Shown: piece after piece, positions 53,682-63,246 of the stretch | Position numbering within the stretch: position 1 is the stretch's first letter | Layout: the number at the start of each line of letters is the position of its first letter | From: an uncultured Acidobacteriota bacterium | GTDB taxonomy: Bacteria > Acidobacteriota > Thermoanaerobaculia > Multivoradales > UBA5704 | Length of the DNA: 64,000 bases | Assembly (NCBI GenBank): GCA_963770895.1 | Contig: CAVYRF010000001.1 | Coordinates: 448,001 to 512,000, forward strand | Direction: 5' to 3' | Notes under the pieces: model-generated | Seen by the model: the letters and a program-made list of their open reading frames with translations, nothing else | Database searches by the model: none | What the model was told of the DNA's origin: nothing | Made by a program: the position numbers and the translations under genes

Positions 53682-56600
53682 CTACATGTTGCGTCGATAT
53701 TGGCCGCCGACCTGGTAGAGCGCGGCGGAGAGCTGGCCCAGCGTGCAGACCTTGCAGGCTTCCATGAGGGAGGCAAAGATGTTGGCGCCGTCCAGGGCGG
53801 CCTGCTTGAGCTGCTGCGAGGGCGAGCGGCGCGGCGGCGGCGTTGCGTTCGCGGAAGGCGTCGCGGGCGGCGATGGCGTAGTCTTTTTCTTCGGTCGTGG
53901 CGCGGATGACTTGCGGCGGTGCGACGGTGGGGGAGCCGGCGGGGTCCAGGAAGGTGTTGACGCCGATCAGCGGCAGGCGGCCGTCGTGCTTCAGGGTCTC
54001 GTAGTAGAGCGACTCTTCCTGGATCTTGGAACGCTGGTACATGCGTTCCATGGCGCCCAGCACGCCGCCGCGCTCGGACAGGGCGCGGAACTCCGCCAGC
54101 ACGGCCGCTTCCACCAGGTCGGTGAGCTCCTCGACGATAAACGAGCCTTGCGTCGGGTTTTCGTTCTTGGACAGGCCGAATTCCTTGTTGATGATCAGCT
54201 GGATGGCGAGCGCGCGGCGCACGCTCTCTTCGGTCGGGGTGGTGATCGCTTCGTCGTAGGCGTTGGTGTGCAGCGAGTTGCAGTTGTCCTGCAAGGCGAG
54301 CAGCGCCTGCAGCGTGGTGCGGATGTCGTTGAAGGCGATCTCCTGCGCGTGCAGCGACCGGCCTGACGTTTGGATGTGGTACTTGAGCTTCTGCGAGCGC
54401 TCGTTGCCGGCGTACTTGTCGCGGATGGTGCGCGACCAGATGCGCCGTGCCACCCTGCCGATCACGGCGTATTCGGGGTCCATGCCGTTGGAAAAGAAGA
54501 ACGACAGGTTGGGGGCGAAGTCGTCGATGCGCATGCCGCGCGACAGGTAGTACTCGACGAAGGTAAAGCCGTTGGCCAGCGTGAACGCCAGCTGGGAGAT
54601 CGGGTTGGCGCCGGCTTCGGCGATGTGGTAGCCGCTGATCGAAACCGAATAGAAATTGCGCACCTCTGCGCTCGATGAAATACGGCCTGGATGTCGCCCA
54701 TCAGCCGCAGGGCGAATTCGGTTGAAAAGATGCAGGTGTTCTGTGCCTGGTCTTCCTTGAGGATGTCGGCCTGCACCGTGCCGCGCACCGCCGAAAGCGT
54801 CGCGGCGCGGATCTTTTCGTAGGTTTCCCGCGGCAGCACCTCGTCGCCGGAGACGCCCAGCAACAACAGCCCCAGGCCGTCGTTGCCTTCCGGCAGCGCC
54901 CCCTGGTAGCGCGGCCTGGCCACGCCGCGGCTCTGGTAGATCTGATCGATCTTGCCTTCGACCTCTTCGATGCTGCCCTGGCCGCGGATCCACTTTTCGC
55001 ACCCCTGGTCGATGGCGGCGTTCAGAAAGAAGCCGAGCAGCATCGGCGCCGGGCCGTTGATGGTCATCGACACGGACGTCCCCGGATCGGCCAGGTCGAA
55101 GCCCGAATAGAGCTTCTTGGCGTCGTCGACCGACGCCACCGAAACGCCGGAGTTGCCCACCTTGCCGTAGATGTCGGGCCGGCGGTCGGGGTCTTCGCCG
55201 TAGAGGGTGACGGAGTCGAAGGCGGTCGACAGGCGCTTTGCCGGCAAGCCGCGCGACACGTAGTGGAAGCGCCGGTTGGTGCGCTCGGGGCCGCCTTCGC
55301 CGGCGAACATCCGCGCCGGGTCTTCGCTGTCCCGCTTGAGCGGAAAGACGCCGGCGGTGAACGGGAACTGCCCCGGCGGGGCCTCGCGCAGCAGCCAGGT
55401 CAGCAGGTCGCCCCAATCTTCGTAACGCGGCAGGGCGACCTTGGGGATCCGCAGGTGCGACAGCGGTTTCGGTCGACAGGTCCAGCTCGATGGTCTTGTC
55501 GCGCACCTGGAATTGATACTTTGCCGCGGCGTAGCGGCGCCGGGTGGTCGGCCACTCCTCGATCAGCTTGCGGTTTTCCGGGTCGAGCCGCGCTTCCTGG
55601 TCGCGATAGAGCGCGGTCAGCTCGCCGACCAGCTCGGGCTCATCCTCCACCCGTTCGGTGACCTGCACGGTGTCGGTGGGGCCCGCGGGCTCGACTATTT
55701 CGAGCCGCCGGCGGCCGACGTTTTCGCGCAGCAGCTCGATGGCGCCGCGCAGCTGGTACATGCGGCGCGCGACGGCCGCCTGCTCGCGGACGTGGTGATC
55801 GTAGGCTTCGCAGGTTTCGGCGATTTCCGCCAGGTAGCGCGTGCGGTCCGGCGGGATGATGAAGCGGCGCTCGAGCGGCGCGGCGGCTGCCGGCGCGGCG
55901 CCGGCTGTCGCCGGGGCGCCGGCGCTGGAGCCGGCCGGAGAGCCGGCGGGGCGCCGCAGGACCTGCATCAGCACCTCGTAGAGCTGATTCATGCCGGGAT
56001 CGTTGAACTGCGAGGCGACGGTGCCGTAGACCGGCACCTCTTCGTCCGCCACGGCGAAGGCGTTGTGGTTGCGGCGCCACTGCTTCCTGACGTCGCGCAG
56101 CGCGTCGAGCGAGCCGCGCTTGTCGAACTTGTTGATCGCGATGACGTCGGCGAAGTCCAGCATGTCGATCTTTTCGAGCTGGGTGGCGGCGCCGTATTCG
56201 GCGGTCATGACGTAGAGCGACGCGTCGGCGTGGTCGGTGATCTCGGTGTCGGACTGGCCGATGCCCGACGTTTCGACAACGATGAGGTCGAAGCCGGCGG
56301 AGCGGCAGACCTCGATCGCTTCGCCGACGTGCTTGGACAGCGCCAGGTTGGCCTGCCGGGTCGCCAGCGAGCGCATGTAGACGCGCGGATCGTCGATCGC
56401 GTTCATGCGGATGCGGTCGCCCAGAAGAGCGCCGCCGGACTTGCGTTTGGAAGGGTCGACCGACAGCAGGGCGATGGTCTGGCCGGTGGTGTCGGAGAGG
56501 AACCGGCGGACCAGCTCGTCGACCACGCTGGACTTGCCGGAGCCGCCCGTGCCGGTGATGCCGAGCACCCGCGGCAGGGCGCCGCCGTTGCCGTTGCGCG

Positions 56601-57183
56601 CCGGCAGCGCGGCGAGCTGGGCGCGCAGGCGGTCGCCGGCTTCGGGGAAGTTTTCGGCGATGGTGATGAGGCCGCCGATCGTCGCCGGGTCGCGCTCGGG
56701 GAGGCGCGCCAGCAGGGGGGCGAAATCGGGGCACCGCTTCTCGAAGTCGCAGCGCGTCAGGACGTCGTCGATCATCCCCTGCAAGCCCATGGCGCGGCCG
56801 TCGTCGGGCGTGTAGAGGCGCGCCACGCCGTAGGCCTGCAGCTCCTCGACCTCGCCGGGCAGGATCGTGCCGCCGCCGCCGCCCACCACCTGGACGCGGG
56901 CGCCGGCTTCGCGCAGCAGGTCGATCATGTACTTGAAGTACTCGACGTGACCGCCCTGGTAGGAGGTGATGGCGATCCCCTGCACGTCCTCCTGGATGGC
57001 GCAGCGCACGATCTCGCCGACCGAGCGATTGTGCCCGAGGTGGATGACTTCGGCGCCGGCTGCCTGCAGCAGCCGGCGCATGACGTTGATCGCGGCGTCG
57101 TGGCCGTCGAACAGCGAAGCCGCGCTGACGATGCGGACGTGGTGGCGCAGCTCGTGGCGCGGCTCTGCGGAGACTGTTTTCAC
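53682..57183 (-). CDS. icmF: Fused isobutyryl-CoA mutase / MeaB-like GTPase (apparent frameshifts near 55466, 54665-54685 and 53818)
   Basis: B12-binding [24 protein letters not shown] and NKFD. Mutase segments [25 protein letters not shown] and [10 protein letters not shown], and C-terminal GGQYRRNM, are spread over several frames. Confidence 0.9.
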
Positions 57184-57605
57184 GATGGATCACCTTGGGT
57201 TATCAGCATGCCGTCGGCGCTGGGCGACTGGGCGATCTCCCAGCGGTTGCCGTCGGGATCGGTCAGCAGAAAGCTCCGCTCCCCCCAGGGGTGGTCCTTG
57301 GGAGGGCCGCTCACCGCGAGCGGGAAGCGGTCCGCCATCGCCGCCAGGTGCCGGTGCACCCCGTCGACGTCGCCCACCGTGACGCCGAAGGCGCAGGCGT
57401 CGCGGTCCGCCGCGGCACGGAACACCCGCGCCGACGCGCCGACCGGTTTGAAGAACGCCACCCTGAACTTCGACGGCAGGACGAATTCAGCGAACATGTC
57501 GTTGTGGAAATGGGGCGTGACGTCAAAAGCCTCACCGAAGAACCGCACCATGCGGGGCACGTCGGCGCTGGCCAGGACCACATGCGAGCAGGCGAGCACG
57601 GACAC
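57180..57605 (-). CDS. VOC/glyoxalase family protein
   Basis: SHVVLAS, VGDVD and PKDHPWGERSFLLTDPDGNRWEI; GTGA-coupled to icmF. Confidence 0.85.
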   Translation of the reverse strand: MSVLACSHVVLASADVPRMVRFFGEAFDVTPHFHNDMFAEFVLPSKFRVAFFKPVGASARVFRAAADRDACAFGVTVGDVDGVHRHLAAMADRFPLAVSGPPKDHPWGERSFLLTDPDGNRWEIAQSPSADGMLITQGDPS

Positions 57606-57671
57606 CGCGCAATATCCTATCGCTGATCCGGGCCAGGCGGGGTGGTGGGGTAGCGGGGTATCGGAGGTGGG

Positions 57672-57704
57672 GGAGCTGCGAGAGCCGTTGGCGCTCGCAG
57701 CTCC
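57672..57704. terminator. Hairpin downstream of the Cys-rich gene
   Basis: GGAGCTGCGAG-N11-CTCGCAGCTCC. Confidence 0.45.
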
Positions 57705-57721
57705 TGGGCGTCTGCCGCCGG

Positions 57722-58096
57722 TCAGCAGGAAAAGTTGGTCTGCGGTTCGGCGCCGCAGCCTTTCCTGCAGGCTGTTTCTGCCCCGAAGCACGGCCCATAG
57801 CAGGTAAGTTTGCCGTCGCATTGCAGCACGCAACTGTTGTACAGGGTCGTACAGGTGTTGATGCAGGACTCCCAGGCATTGACAGCGGTGCAGGTGTGGG
57901 TCTGTCCGCAGCAGGTAACCTCCATGGAAGAGCTCGAACAGGTTCCCGACGCGGTCGTGCACATCAGCGTGGCTCCGCCTGAGCAGGTCGCAGTGCACGT
58001 CTCCGTCGCCGAAAGCACCGGCGCGTTGCGCCCGAACGCCAGCAGAACGACGCTCAACACCCCCAGCATCCCTACCAGCTTCTTGGTCGATGCCAC
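57722..58096 (-). CDS. Secreted Cys-rich two-domain mini-protein (C-terminal domain = family B)
   Basis: RBS GAAGGAGG, GTG start and a signal peptide. N-domain CTATC...VTCCG...C; C-domain CINTC-x6-CVLQCDG-x3-CYGPC-x6-CRKGC. Confidence 0.8.
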   Translation of the reverse strand: MASTKKLVGMLGVLSVVLLAFGRNAPVLSATETCTATCSGGATLMCTTASGTCSSSSMEVTCCGQTHTCTAVNAWESCINTCTTLYNSCVLQCDGKLTCYGPCFGAETACRKGCGAEPQTNFSC

Positions 58097-58217
58097 AGTG
58101 CCTCCTTCGGCCAGTTCGGCCAGCGCGTAAGTTAGCGAAGTAGCAATTCTAGCTCATGTAGGGCGCCGGATCAGGCCGGACGCCATGGCGTCCGTGCGCG
58201 AGGCCGGCGGCGAGCCG

Positions 58218-60290
58218 TCAGGAGGGCGGCGGCAGGTGCGTCGCGAAGGCGCCGGCGCCGTCGGTGCCGACCGCGAGGTGGGTGGGATCGGCGGGATCGA
58301 AGGCCAGGCTGAGCGCGTCGCGGTTGAGCAGGTCGCCGTTGACGCTCTCCCAGCCGGTGCCGAGCGAGCGCCGCGACACGCCGCCCTGCCAGGCCACGTA
58401 GACGGTGTAGGGATCGGCGGTGTCGACGGCCAGGGGATGGGACTCCGTCAGGCTGAACGCAAAGTAGGGCGGCTGCAGCAGGCCGGGGAGCTGCCTCCAG
58501 GTGGCGCCGCCGTCGGCGGTGCGCCAGGTGATGCTGTCGCCGACGACCCAGACGACGTCAGAGTCCTGGGGCGCCACCGCGACGGCGCGCAGGTCGGTGT
58601 TCGCGGTGTCGGTAAAGGCGCCGCTCAGCACCTGGTCCCAGGTGGCGCCCTGATCGCTGCTGCGGAAGGCGCCGGTGCCGGCGACCGCCCAGACCGCGCC
58701 GGGGGCGGCGGGCGTGGCGGGTATGCCGGGGGCGGCAGGCGTGCCGAGGCCGGCGGGCGCGATGGCGAGGCTCAGGAAGTCGAGCGCCGGAAGCGCCGTC
58801 CGCTGCCAGGTCTGGCCGCCGTCGGCGGAGCGGTAGACTCCCTGGCCGCCGGCGTTTTCGACCAGGGCGTCCTCGGCGGCCAGGTAGACCACCTGCGAGT
58901 CGGCGGGATCGACGGCCAGGTCCGCGATCTCGATCCCCTGGTACGGCGAGGCGGCCGGCTGCGGATAGGGGAGAGGCGTCCAGGTGTCGCCGCCGTCGGT
59001 CGTCTTCCACAGCAGGGTGGGGGCGACGCCGGGCGGCAGATGGGCGCTGGCATAGAGCGTCGCCGGGTGCGCGCCGTCGACCGCCAGCGCGGTGATGCCG
59101 GTCGGCGCCGATAGAACCAGCTGCCAGGTCTTGCCGCCGTCGAGCGAGCGCGACACGCCGGCGCCGCTGGCTCCGAGAAACGTGGTGCCGCAAAAGAGCG
59201 TGCCGGCGGTGCCGAAGGCGAGGACGGTGACGTGGGTATTGACCAGGCCGGCGGCAGCGGTTTCGATGGCCCAGCTGCCGCCGCCGTCGGCGCTGCGGAA
59301 GAAGGCCCCCGCGCCGCTCGTGGCGTAGAGGAGCGTCGCCGGCTGCGAGCCGTCGACGGCCAGCGCGATGCTCACCAGGTTACCCGGCAGATCCGCCGTC
59401 AGCGGCTGCCAATGGCGGCCGTCGTCGGTCGTCTTGTAGAGCGCCGCCGGGTGCTGCACCGACCCGTCGGCATAGCTTTCGACGTAGGCCGTCTGCGGCT
59501 GCCCGGGATCGAGCACCAGCCCGAGAGCCCCGCCCGGCGGAAAGTAGTCCTCCCACGTCGCGCCCTGGTCCCGGCTGCGCTGCACGAAACCCCCCTTGAA
59601 AAGATAGACGAACGCCGGCCGCCGCGGGTCGCCGACCAGCTTGTCGGGCACGCCGCGCAGCCGCCGGAGCCAGGTCGCGCCGCCGTCGCCGCTGACGAAA
59701 AAGCCCGAGTTGCTGTAGCTTTTGATCCCGGCGTACAGGATGCGCGAGTTGCCGGCGTCGACCGCCAGCGCCGTCACCGCAAAAGTCCGCGGCAACCCGG
59801 CGCCGCCCACCCGCCGCCAGGCGTCGCCGCGGCTGCGGCTGACGAACAGCCCGGCATCGGTCCCCGCATACACCAGGGACGGATCGGAAGGCGCCGGCGC
59901 GAACGCCCCCAGCTGGCTGCCCGGCACCGTCAGCTCGCTCCAGGTTTCCCCGCCGTCCTGGCTGCGCACCAGCTGGCAGACGTCGTTGCTCGCATAGACC
60001 AGGCTGCTGGCCAGCGGATGCACGACGATGCCGCCGACCGCGGGATCGGTCAGGCCGGCATTGGCGCCCTGCCAGGTCACGCCGCCGTCGGCGCTGCGCG
60101 CGATCCCCGCCGCGCCCAGAGTGACGAACGCGACCGCCGGCTGCCGCGGACCGAACGCCGCGCTGGTCACCACCGGCGGCCCCGGAGGCCCCACGGACGT
60201 CCAAGCCGGCCCCCCCTGCGCCCACAGCGCGGCGCCCGGCAAGAGCACCCCTGCCAGCGGCAGGGCGAAGAGAAGGGGTGCGGTTCGCAT
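58218..60290 (-). CDS. Secreted BNR/Asp-box (VPS10/Ycf48-like) beta-propeller protein
   Basis: Signal peptide and many (S/T)xDGGxTW Asp-box repeats. Confidence 0.88.
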   Translation of the reverse strand: MRTAPLLFALPLAGVLLPGAALWAQGGPAWTSVGPPGPPVVTSAAFGPRQPAVAFVTLGAAGIARSADGGVTWQGANAGLTDPAVGGIVVHPLASSLVYASNDVCQLVRSQDGGETWSELTVPGSQLGAFAPAPSDPSLVYAGTDAGLFVSRSRGDAWRRVGGAGLPRTFAVTALAVDAGNSRILYAGIKSYSNSGFFVSGDGGATWLRRLRGVPDKLVGDPRRPAFVYLFKGGFVQRSRDQGATWEDYFPPGGALGLVLDPGQPQTAYVESYADGSVQHPAALYKTTDDGRHWQPLTADLPGNLVSIALAVDGSQPATLLYATSGAGAFFRSADGGGSWAIETAAAGLVNTHVTVLAFGTAGTLFCGTTFLGASGAGVSRSLDGGKTWQLVLSAPTGITALAVDGAHPATLYASAHLPPGVAPTLLWKTTDGGDTWTPLPYPQPAASPYQGIEIADLAVDPADSQVVYLAAEDALVENAGGQGVYRSADGGQTWQRTALPALDFLSLAIAPAGLGTPAAPGIPATPAAPGAVWAVAGTGAFRSSDQGATWDQVLSGAFTDTANTDLRAVAVAPQDSDVVWVVGDSITWRTADGGATWRQLPGLLQPPYFAFSLTESHPLAVDTADPYTVYVAWQGGVSRRSLGTGWESVNGDLLNRDALSLAFDPADPTHLAVGTDGAGAFATHLPPPS

Positions 60291-60296
60291 CTCTGC

Positions 60297-60325
60297 ACTA
60301 TGCCAAGACATGCTATGCATGTCAA
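60297..60325 (-). promoter_or_regulatory. Leaderless sigma70 promoter with palindromic operator
   Basis: Minus strand TTGACA-N17-CATAGT lies 6 nt before the ATG. Palindrome GACATGC-N3-GCATGTC at 60307-60323. Confidence 0.7.
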
Positions 60326-60422
60326 GTCGAGGCACATCTCCACCTGGTCGAGTCGGAACGATGGCGCGGGGCGGCGGCCTGGCCGGGTACGTCGATGACG
60401 TACACTCGACAGTGTGAGCGGC

Positions 60423-60484
60423 GTGCACTTCGTCGAGACTCCGACCTTCCGCCGATTCTGCGCACCTCGATCAAGGAGCTGTGA
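60423..60484 (+). pseudogene. Internally deleted RelE/HigB-type toxin remnant
   Basis: N-terminal codons MHFVETPTFRR are joined out of frame to C-terminal ILRTSIKEL-stop, whose TGA overlaps the antitoxin ATG. Confidence 0.6.
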
Positions 60485-60855
60485 TGAACAAAAAGCATTT
60501 CGGCGAGATGCTGGGTTCGCTCGATGAGGCCGTCGAGATCGCCAGCCGCAGCCGGAAGCCCGCCAGGGCCTACACTCTGAGCGAGCCGGATGCGCGCGCG
60601 ATCCGGCGGTCGCTGGGCCTGACGCAGGTGGAGTTTGCGGCGCTCCTCGACGTTCCGGTGACGACCATTCAGGGGTATGAGCAGGGGCGGCGCGCACCCG
60701 ATGCGCCAGCCCGCACTCTGCTGCGTGTCGCTCTGGCAGCTCCAGAGGTTCTGCGGAGCATCCACGCTGAAAGGAAAATCGCGAAAGCCGCTGGCTCGCC
60801 GGGTCAGCCACGCGGCAAGGCCGAGCCGGCCGGCGCCCACCGCTCCAGGCCCTGA
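60484..60855 (+). CDS. XRE/HTH antitoxin (HigA/NadS-like)
   Basis: MNKKHFGEMLGSLDEA and IRRSLGLTQVEFAALL...YEQGRRAP; RBS AAGGAG. Confidence 0.88.
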   Translation: MNKKHFGEMLGSLDEAVEIASRSRKPARAYTLSEPDARAIRRSLGLTQVEFAALLDVPVTTIQGYEQGRRAPDAPARTLLRVALAAPEVLRSIHAERKIAKAAGSPGQPRGKAEPAGAHRSRP

Positions 60856-60872
60856 TCTCCCTGGTGGCCGGG

Positions 60873-61118
60873 GTTGCCCCGATCGCGACGCGCCTGGCGG
60901 CGCGTGCGCGATCGCGGCCGGGGGGGCGGGCGAGGCGTCTTGCCACGCAGGGAAGCTAGCGGTTGGGCGGCCCCCAGCCAATTGATACCAGCGCTGTTGC
61001 ATGACACCACGGGTCGGAGCCTCCATCCAGATGTGGCACCTCGCAGTGGCAAGACGCTCCGGCTCCACCCCGGGCTCGAGCGCGGTCGCGCCGTCAGGCG
61101 CGCCGCGGTCGGGGCAAC
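60873..61118. repeat. Inverted pair of the REP-like repeat (copies 3 and 4; REPIN/MITE-like)
   Basis: The left arm 60873-60946 (GTTGCCCCGATCGCG...GCGTCTTGCCAC) is roughly complementary to the right arm 61046-61118 (GTGGCAAGACGC...GGGGCAAC). Both match the 34-kb repeat. Confidence 0.8.
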
Positions 61119-61263
61119 AGAACAGCCGCGCAGGCACGAAGTTGGAGCACGTGACCCCGGTGTGCCGTGGAGACCTTGAGACAGGGTGCTTGGTTCTGCC
61201 CGAGTATGGTGGGCGCCCATGCTTCCCCTCCCCAGGGGGATAACCGAGCGGAGACAGCTGCCC

Positions 61264-62358
61264 TCAACCTGACCGTTGGGCGAGTCGTGCTTCTAGCGCG
61301 TGGACGCGGCGCCAGAGCTCTTCGCGATCGATCAGGGCTTGCGTGCGCTCCTTGAGGTAGGGGTCGAGCCAGCGCAGGTAGGCGGCGGCCGCGCGCCCCT
61401 CTGCCGCCGGATCGGCCGCGGACGCTGCCGTCCGATGCTCGGCCAGGATGCGCCGGTAGAGGTCGACGTAGCGCTCCACGGCGGCGTCGAGCCCGGCGTT
61501 GCGGCGCATCCAGGCGCAGACGCGGGCGGCGTCTTTGCGGTCGTAGCGGGCGATCTGGGCCTGCACGGCCGCAACCGAGAGCGGTTGGTCGAGGGCGCGG
61601 AAGCCGAAGTTGAGAGGCCGCAGGCGCTCCAGGTCGGCGGCGGCGACCATGGGACCGCACCCGGCTGCGTCGCAGAGGACGACCGCCGCGCCCACTGCCA
61701 GCGCCTCGATCGCGGCGCGGCCCTTGGCGAACACCAGGTCGTAGCTTGGCAGGAGGTGCTCGGGCCGGTCGGCGACCTTGCCGCTGGCGATCCCGGCGAC
61801 GTCCACCTCGATGCCGGTGGCGGCGCAGGCGGCGCGCACGACGGGCAGGTGGGTCGTCTCGGCGGCGTTGTTGCTGAACACCAGCGCGCGGCGGGGCGCC
61901 GCGGGCAGCGGCGGGCGCCGCCGGAAACGGTCGAGATCGGCGAAGTTGAGGATCGTCTCCACGCGCTCGGCCGGCACGCCGGCAGCCAGCAGGCGCTCTC
62001 GCGTCGGCAGGTCGACCGCCACGTGGCGCAGCAGTCGCGGGAAGAGGAGCGGCTCCTCGTCCCACGGCTGGTAGCCGTGGCATACCAGGAGGCCAGGCAC
62101 GCCGGAGAAATGAAGCAGCGCGGTCAAGGTGCCGGCGTGGTGCTGGCCATGGATGAGGTCGGGCGGCTCGGCCAGGCGGCCAAGGTCGTCGACCACGGCG
62201 ATCCCGGCGGCAGCGAGGGTAGCGGCCGGCCCGCCCAGCACGGTGCTGTAGGCGACGGGCTCATGGCCGCGGGCCTTGAGTGCAAGCGCCAGCTCGACCA
62301 CGTAGAGCTCGGAGCCGGTGCGATGGGCGAGCGTCGTGTTGGTCAGCAGGACCCTCAC
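61264..62358 (-). CDS. Glycosyltransferase (GT-B, family 4-like)
   Basis: MRVLLTN...GSELY...RGHE, PDLIHGQH and RAAIEALAVG; GTGA overlap. Confidence 0.82.
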   Translation of the reverse strand: MRVLLTNTTLAHRTGSELYVVELALALKARGHEPVAYSTVLGGPAATLAAAGIAVVDDLGRLAEPPDLIHGQHHAGTLTALLHFSGVPGLLVCHGYQPWDEEPLLFPRLLRHVAVDLPTRERLLAAGVPAERVETILNFADLDRFRRRPPLPAAPRRALVFSNNAAETTHLPVVRAACAATGIEVDVAGIASGKVADRPEHLLPSYDLVFAKGRAAIEALAVGAAVVLCDAAGCGPMVAAADLERLRPLNFGFRALDQPLSVAAVQAQIARYDRKDAARVCAWMRRNAGLDAAVERYVDLYRRILAEHRTAASAADPAAEGRAAAAYLRWLDPYLKERTQALIDREELWRRVHALEARLAQRSG

Positions 62359-63215
62359 CGAACGGTCTCGGAGACGGGCGCCGCGGCCCACGCTTGCAGC
62401 CTTGCGGCCAGCGGCGCGACGTGGGAACGGTACCGCAGCACCTCGGTGTAGATGCCGGCCGCCACCCGCTCCTCGCCGTAGTTTTCGTAGGCAGGCGGAT
62501 GCGTCATCAGGTCGTCGATCGCCGGACCGTGGCGCACCTGCCGCAGGCACTCCGTCGCGAAGGCGCCGGCGCCGAAGCGGGCCAGGGCGCTCTCCACGTC
62601 GTGCTCGAGGCCCGGATAGGAGCGCGCGGCGGCCAGCTTTCTCGCCAGGGCGGCGGGGTCGAGCCGGAGGCGGATCTCGGCGTCGCCCTGGCCGCCGGCG
62701 CTCTCCGCCGGCGCGCCGTGGAGCGGGAAATCGCGGTTGTCGATCGGTGGTCCGGCGGCGGCGCCCAGCCGCGCCACCGCGGCGTCGATGAGCAGCCGGG
62801 TCACGTCGTGACCGGGATTGAAGCCCTCGGCGGCGTCGCCGGCGACGAGCGCGACGGACTCCTGGCGCAGCGCCGCCGCCAGCTCCTCGGCGAGGCCGAG
62901 GAAGACCTCGTAACGGCCGTCGAGCAGCGCCCGGTAGAGCCCGGCATCCGTCATCCGCCCATAGATGGATCCCTGCCGGGCGCCGCACGAGGCGAGGATG
63001 GCGGAGGTCGCGGCCAGCCGCGAACGGCCCGTGTGACCGGAGCCGTCGGTCAGGATGAAAACCAGCGGCTGGGCCGTCGCGAGCCAGCCGTAGATCCGCA
63101 GCTCGTGGCCGGGATGGGCGATGACCAGCGCGGCGCGTGGCGAAACTTTCAGCGTACCTCCCAGATCTCGCGCGCTCCCCCCCTCGCGCCGCTCGCCCTC
63201 GGTCGCCCTCGCCAT
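62355..63215 (-). CDS. Hypothetical protein, PIG-L/LmbE-like motif variant
   Basis: AHPGHEL (compare AHPDDE), LTDGS and NPGHD. The start is uncertain. Confidence 0.6.
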   Translation of the reverse strand: MARATEGERREGGSARDLGGTLKVSPRAALVIAHPGHELRIYGWLATAQPLVFILTDGSGHTGRSRLAATSAILASCGARQGSIYGRMTDAGLYRALLDGRYEVFLGLAEELAAALRQESVALVAGDAAEGFNPGHDVTRLLIDAAVARLGAAAGPPIDNRDFPLHGAPAESAGGQGDAEIRLRLDPAALARKLAAARSYPGLEHDVESALARFGAGAFATECLRQVRHGPAIDDLMTHPPAYENYGEERVAAGIYTEVLRYRSHVAPLAARLQAWAAAPVSETVR

Positions 63216-63246
63216 GTCTTCCGAGCCCTCGTGCAGGAGGGCTCAA

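Noticed and set aside
53645-53700. Imperfect ~20-bp duplication of the icmF 3' end as an att site
   Set aside because: It is short, mismatched and adjacent to the original, with no integrase or inserted element.
51178-57183. Track ORFs 51178..53547 (E2-cupin fusion) and 52939..57183 (extended IcmF)
   Set aside because: These are frameshift artefacts. E2 ends at 52924, the cupin is a separate gene, and IcmF ends at 53682.
57639-57673. Four G-runs as a regulatory G-quadruplex
   Set aside because: Such runs are expected by chance at this GC content, and there is no other support.
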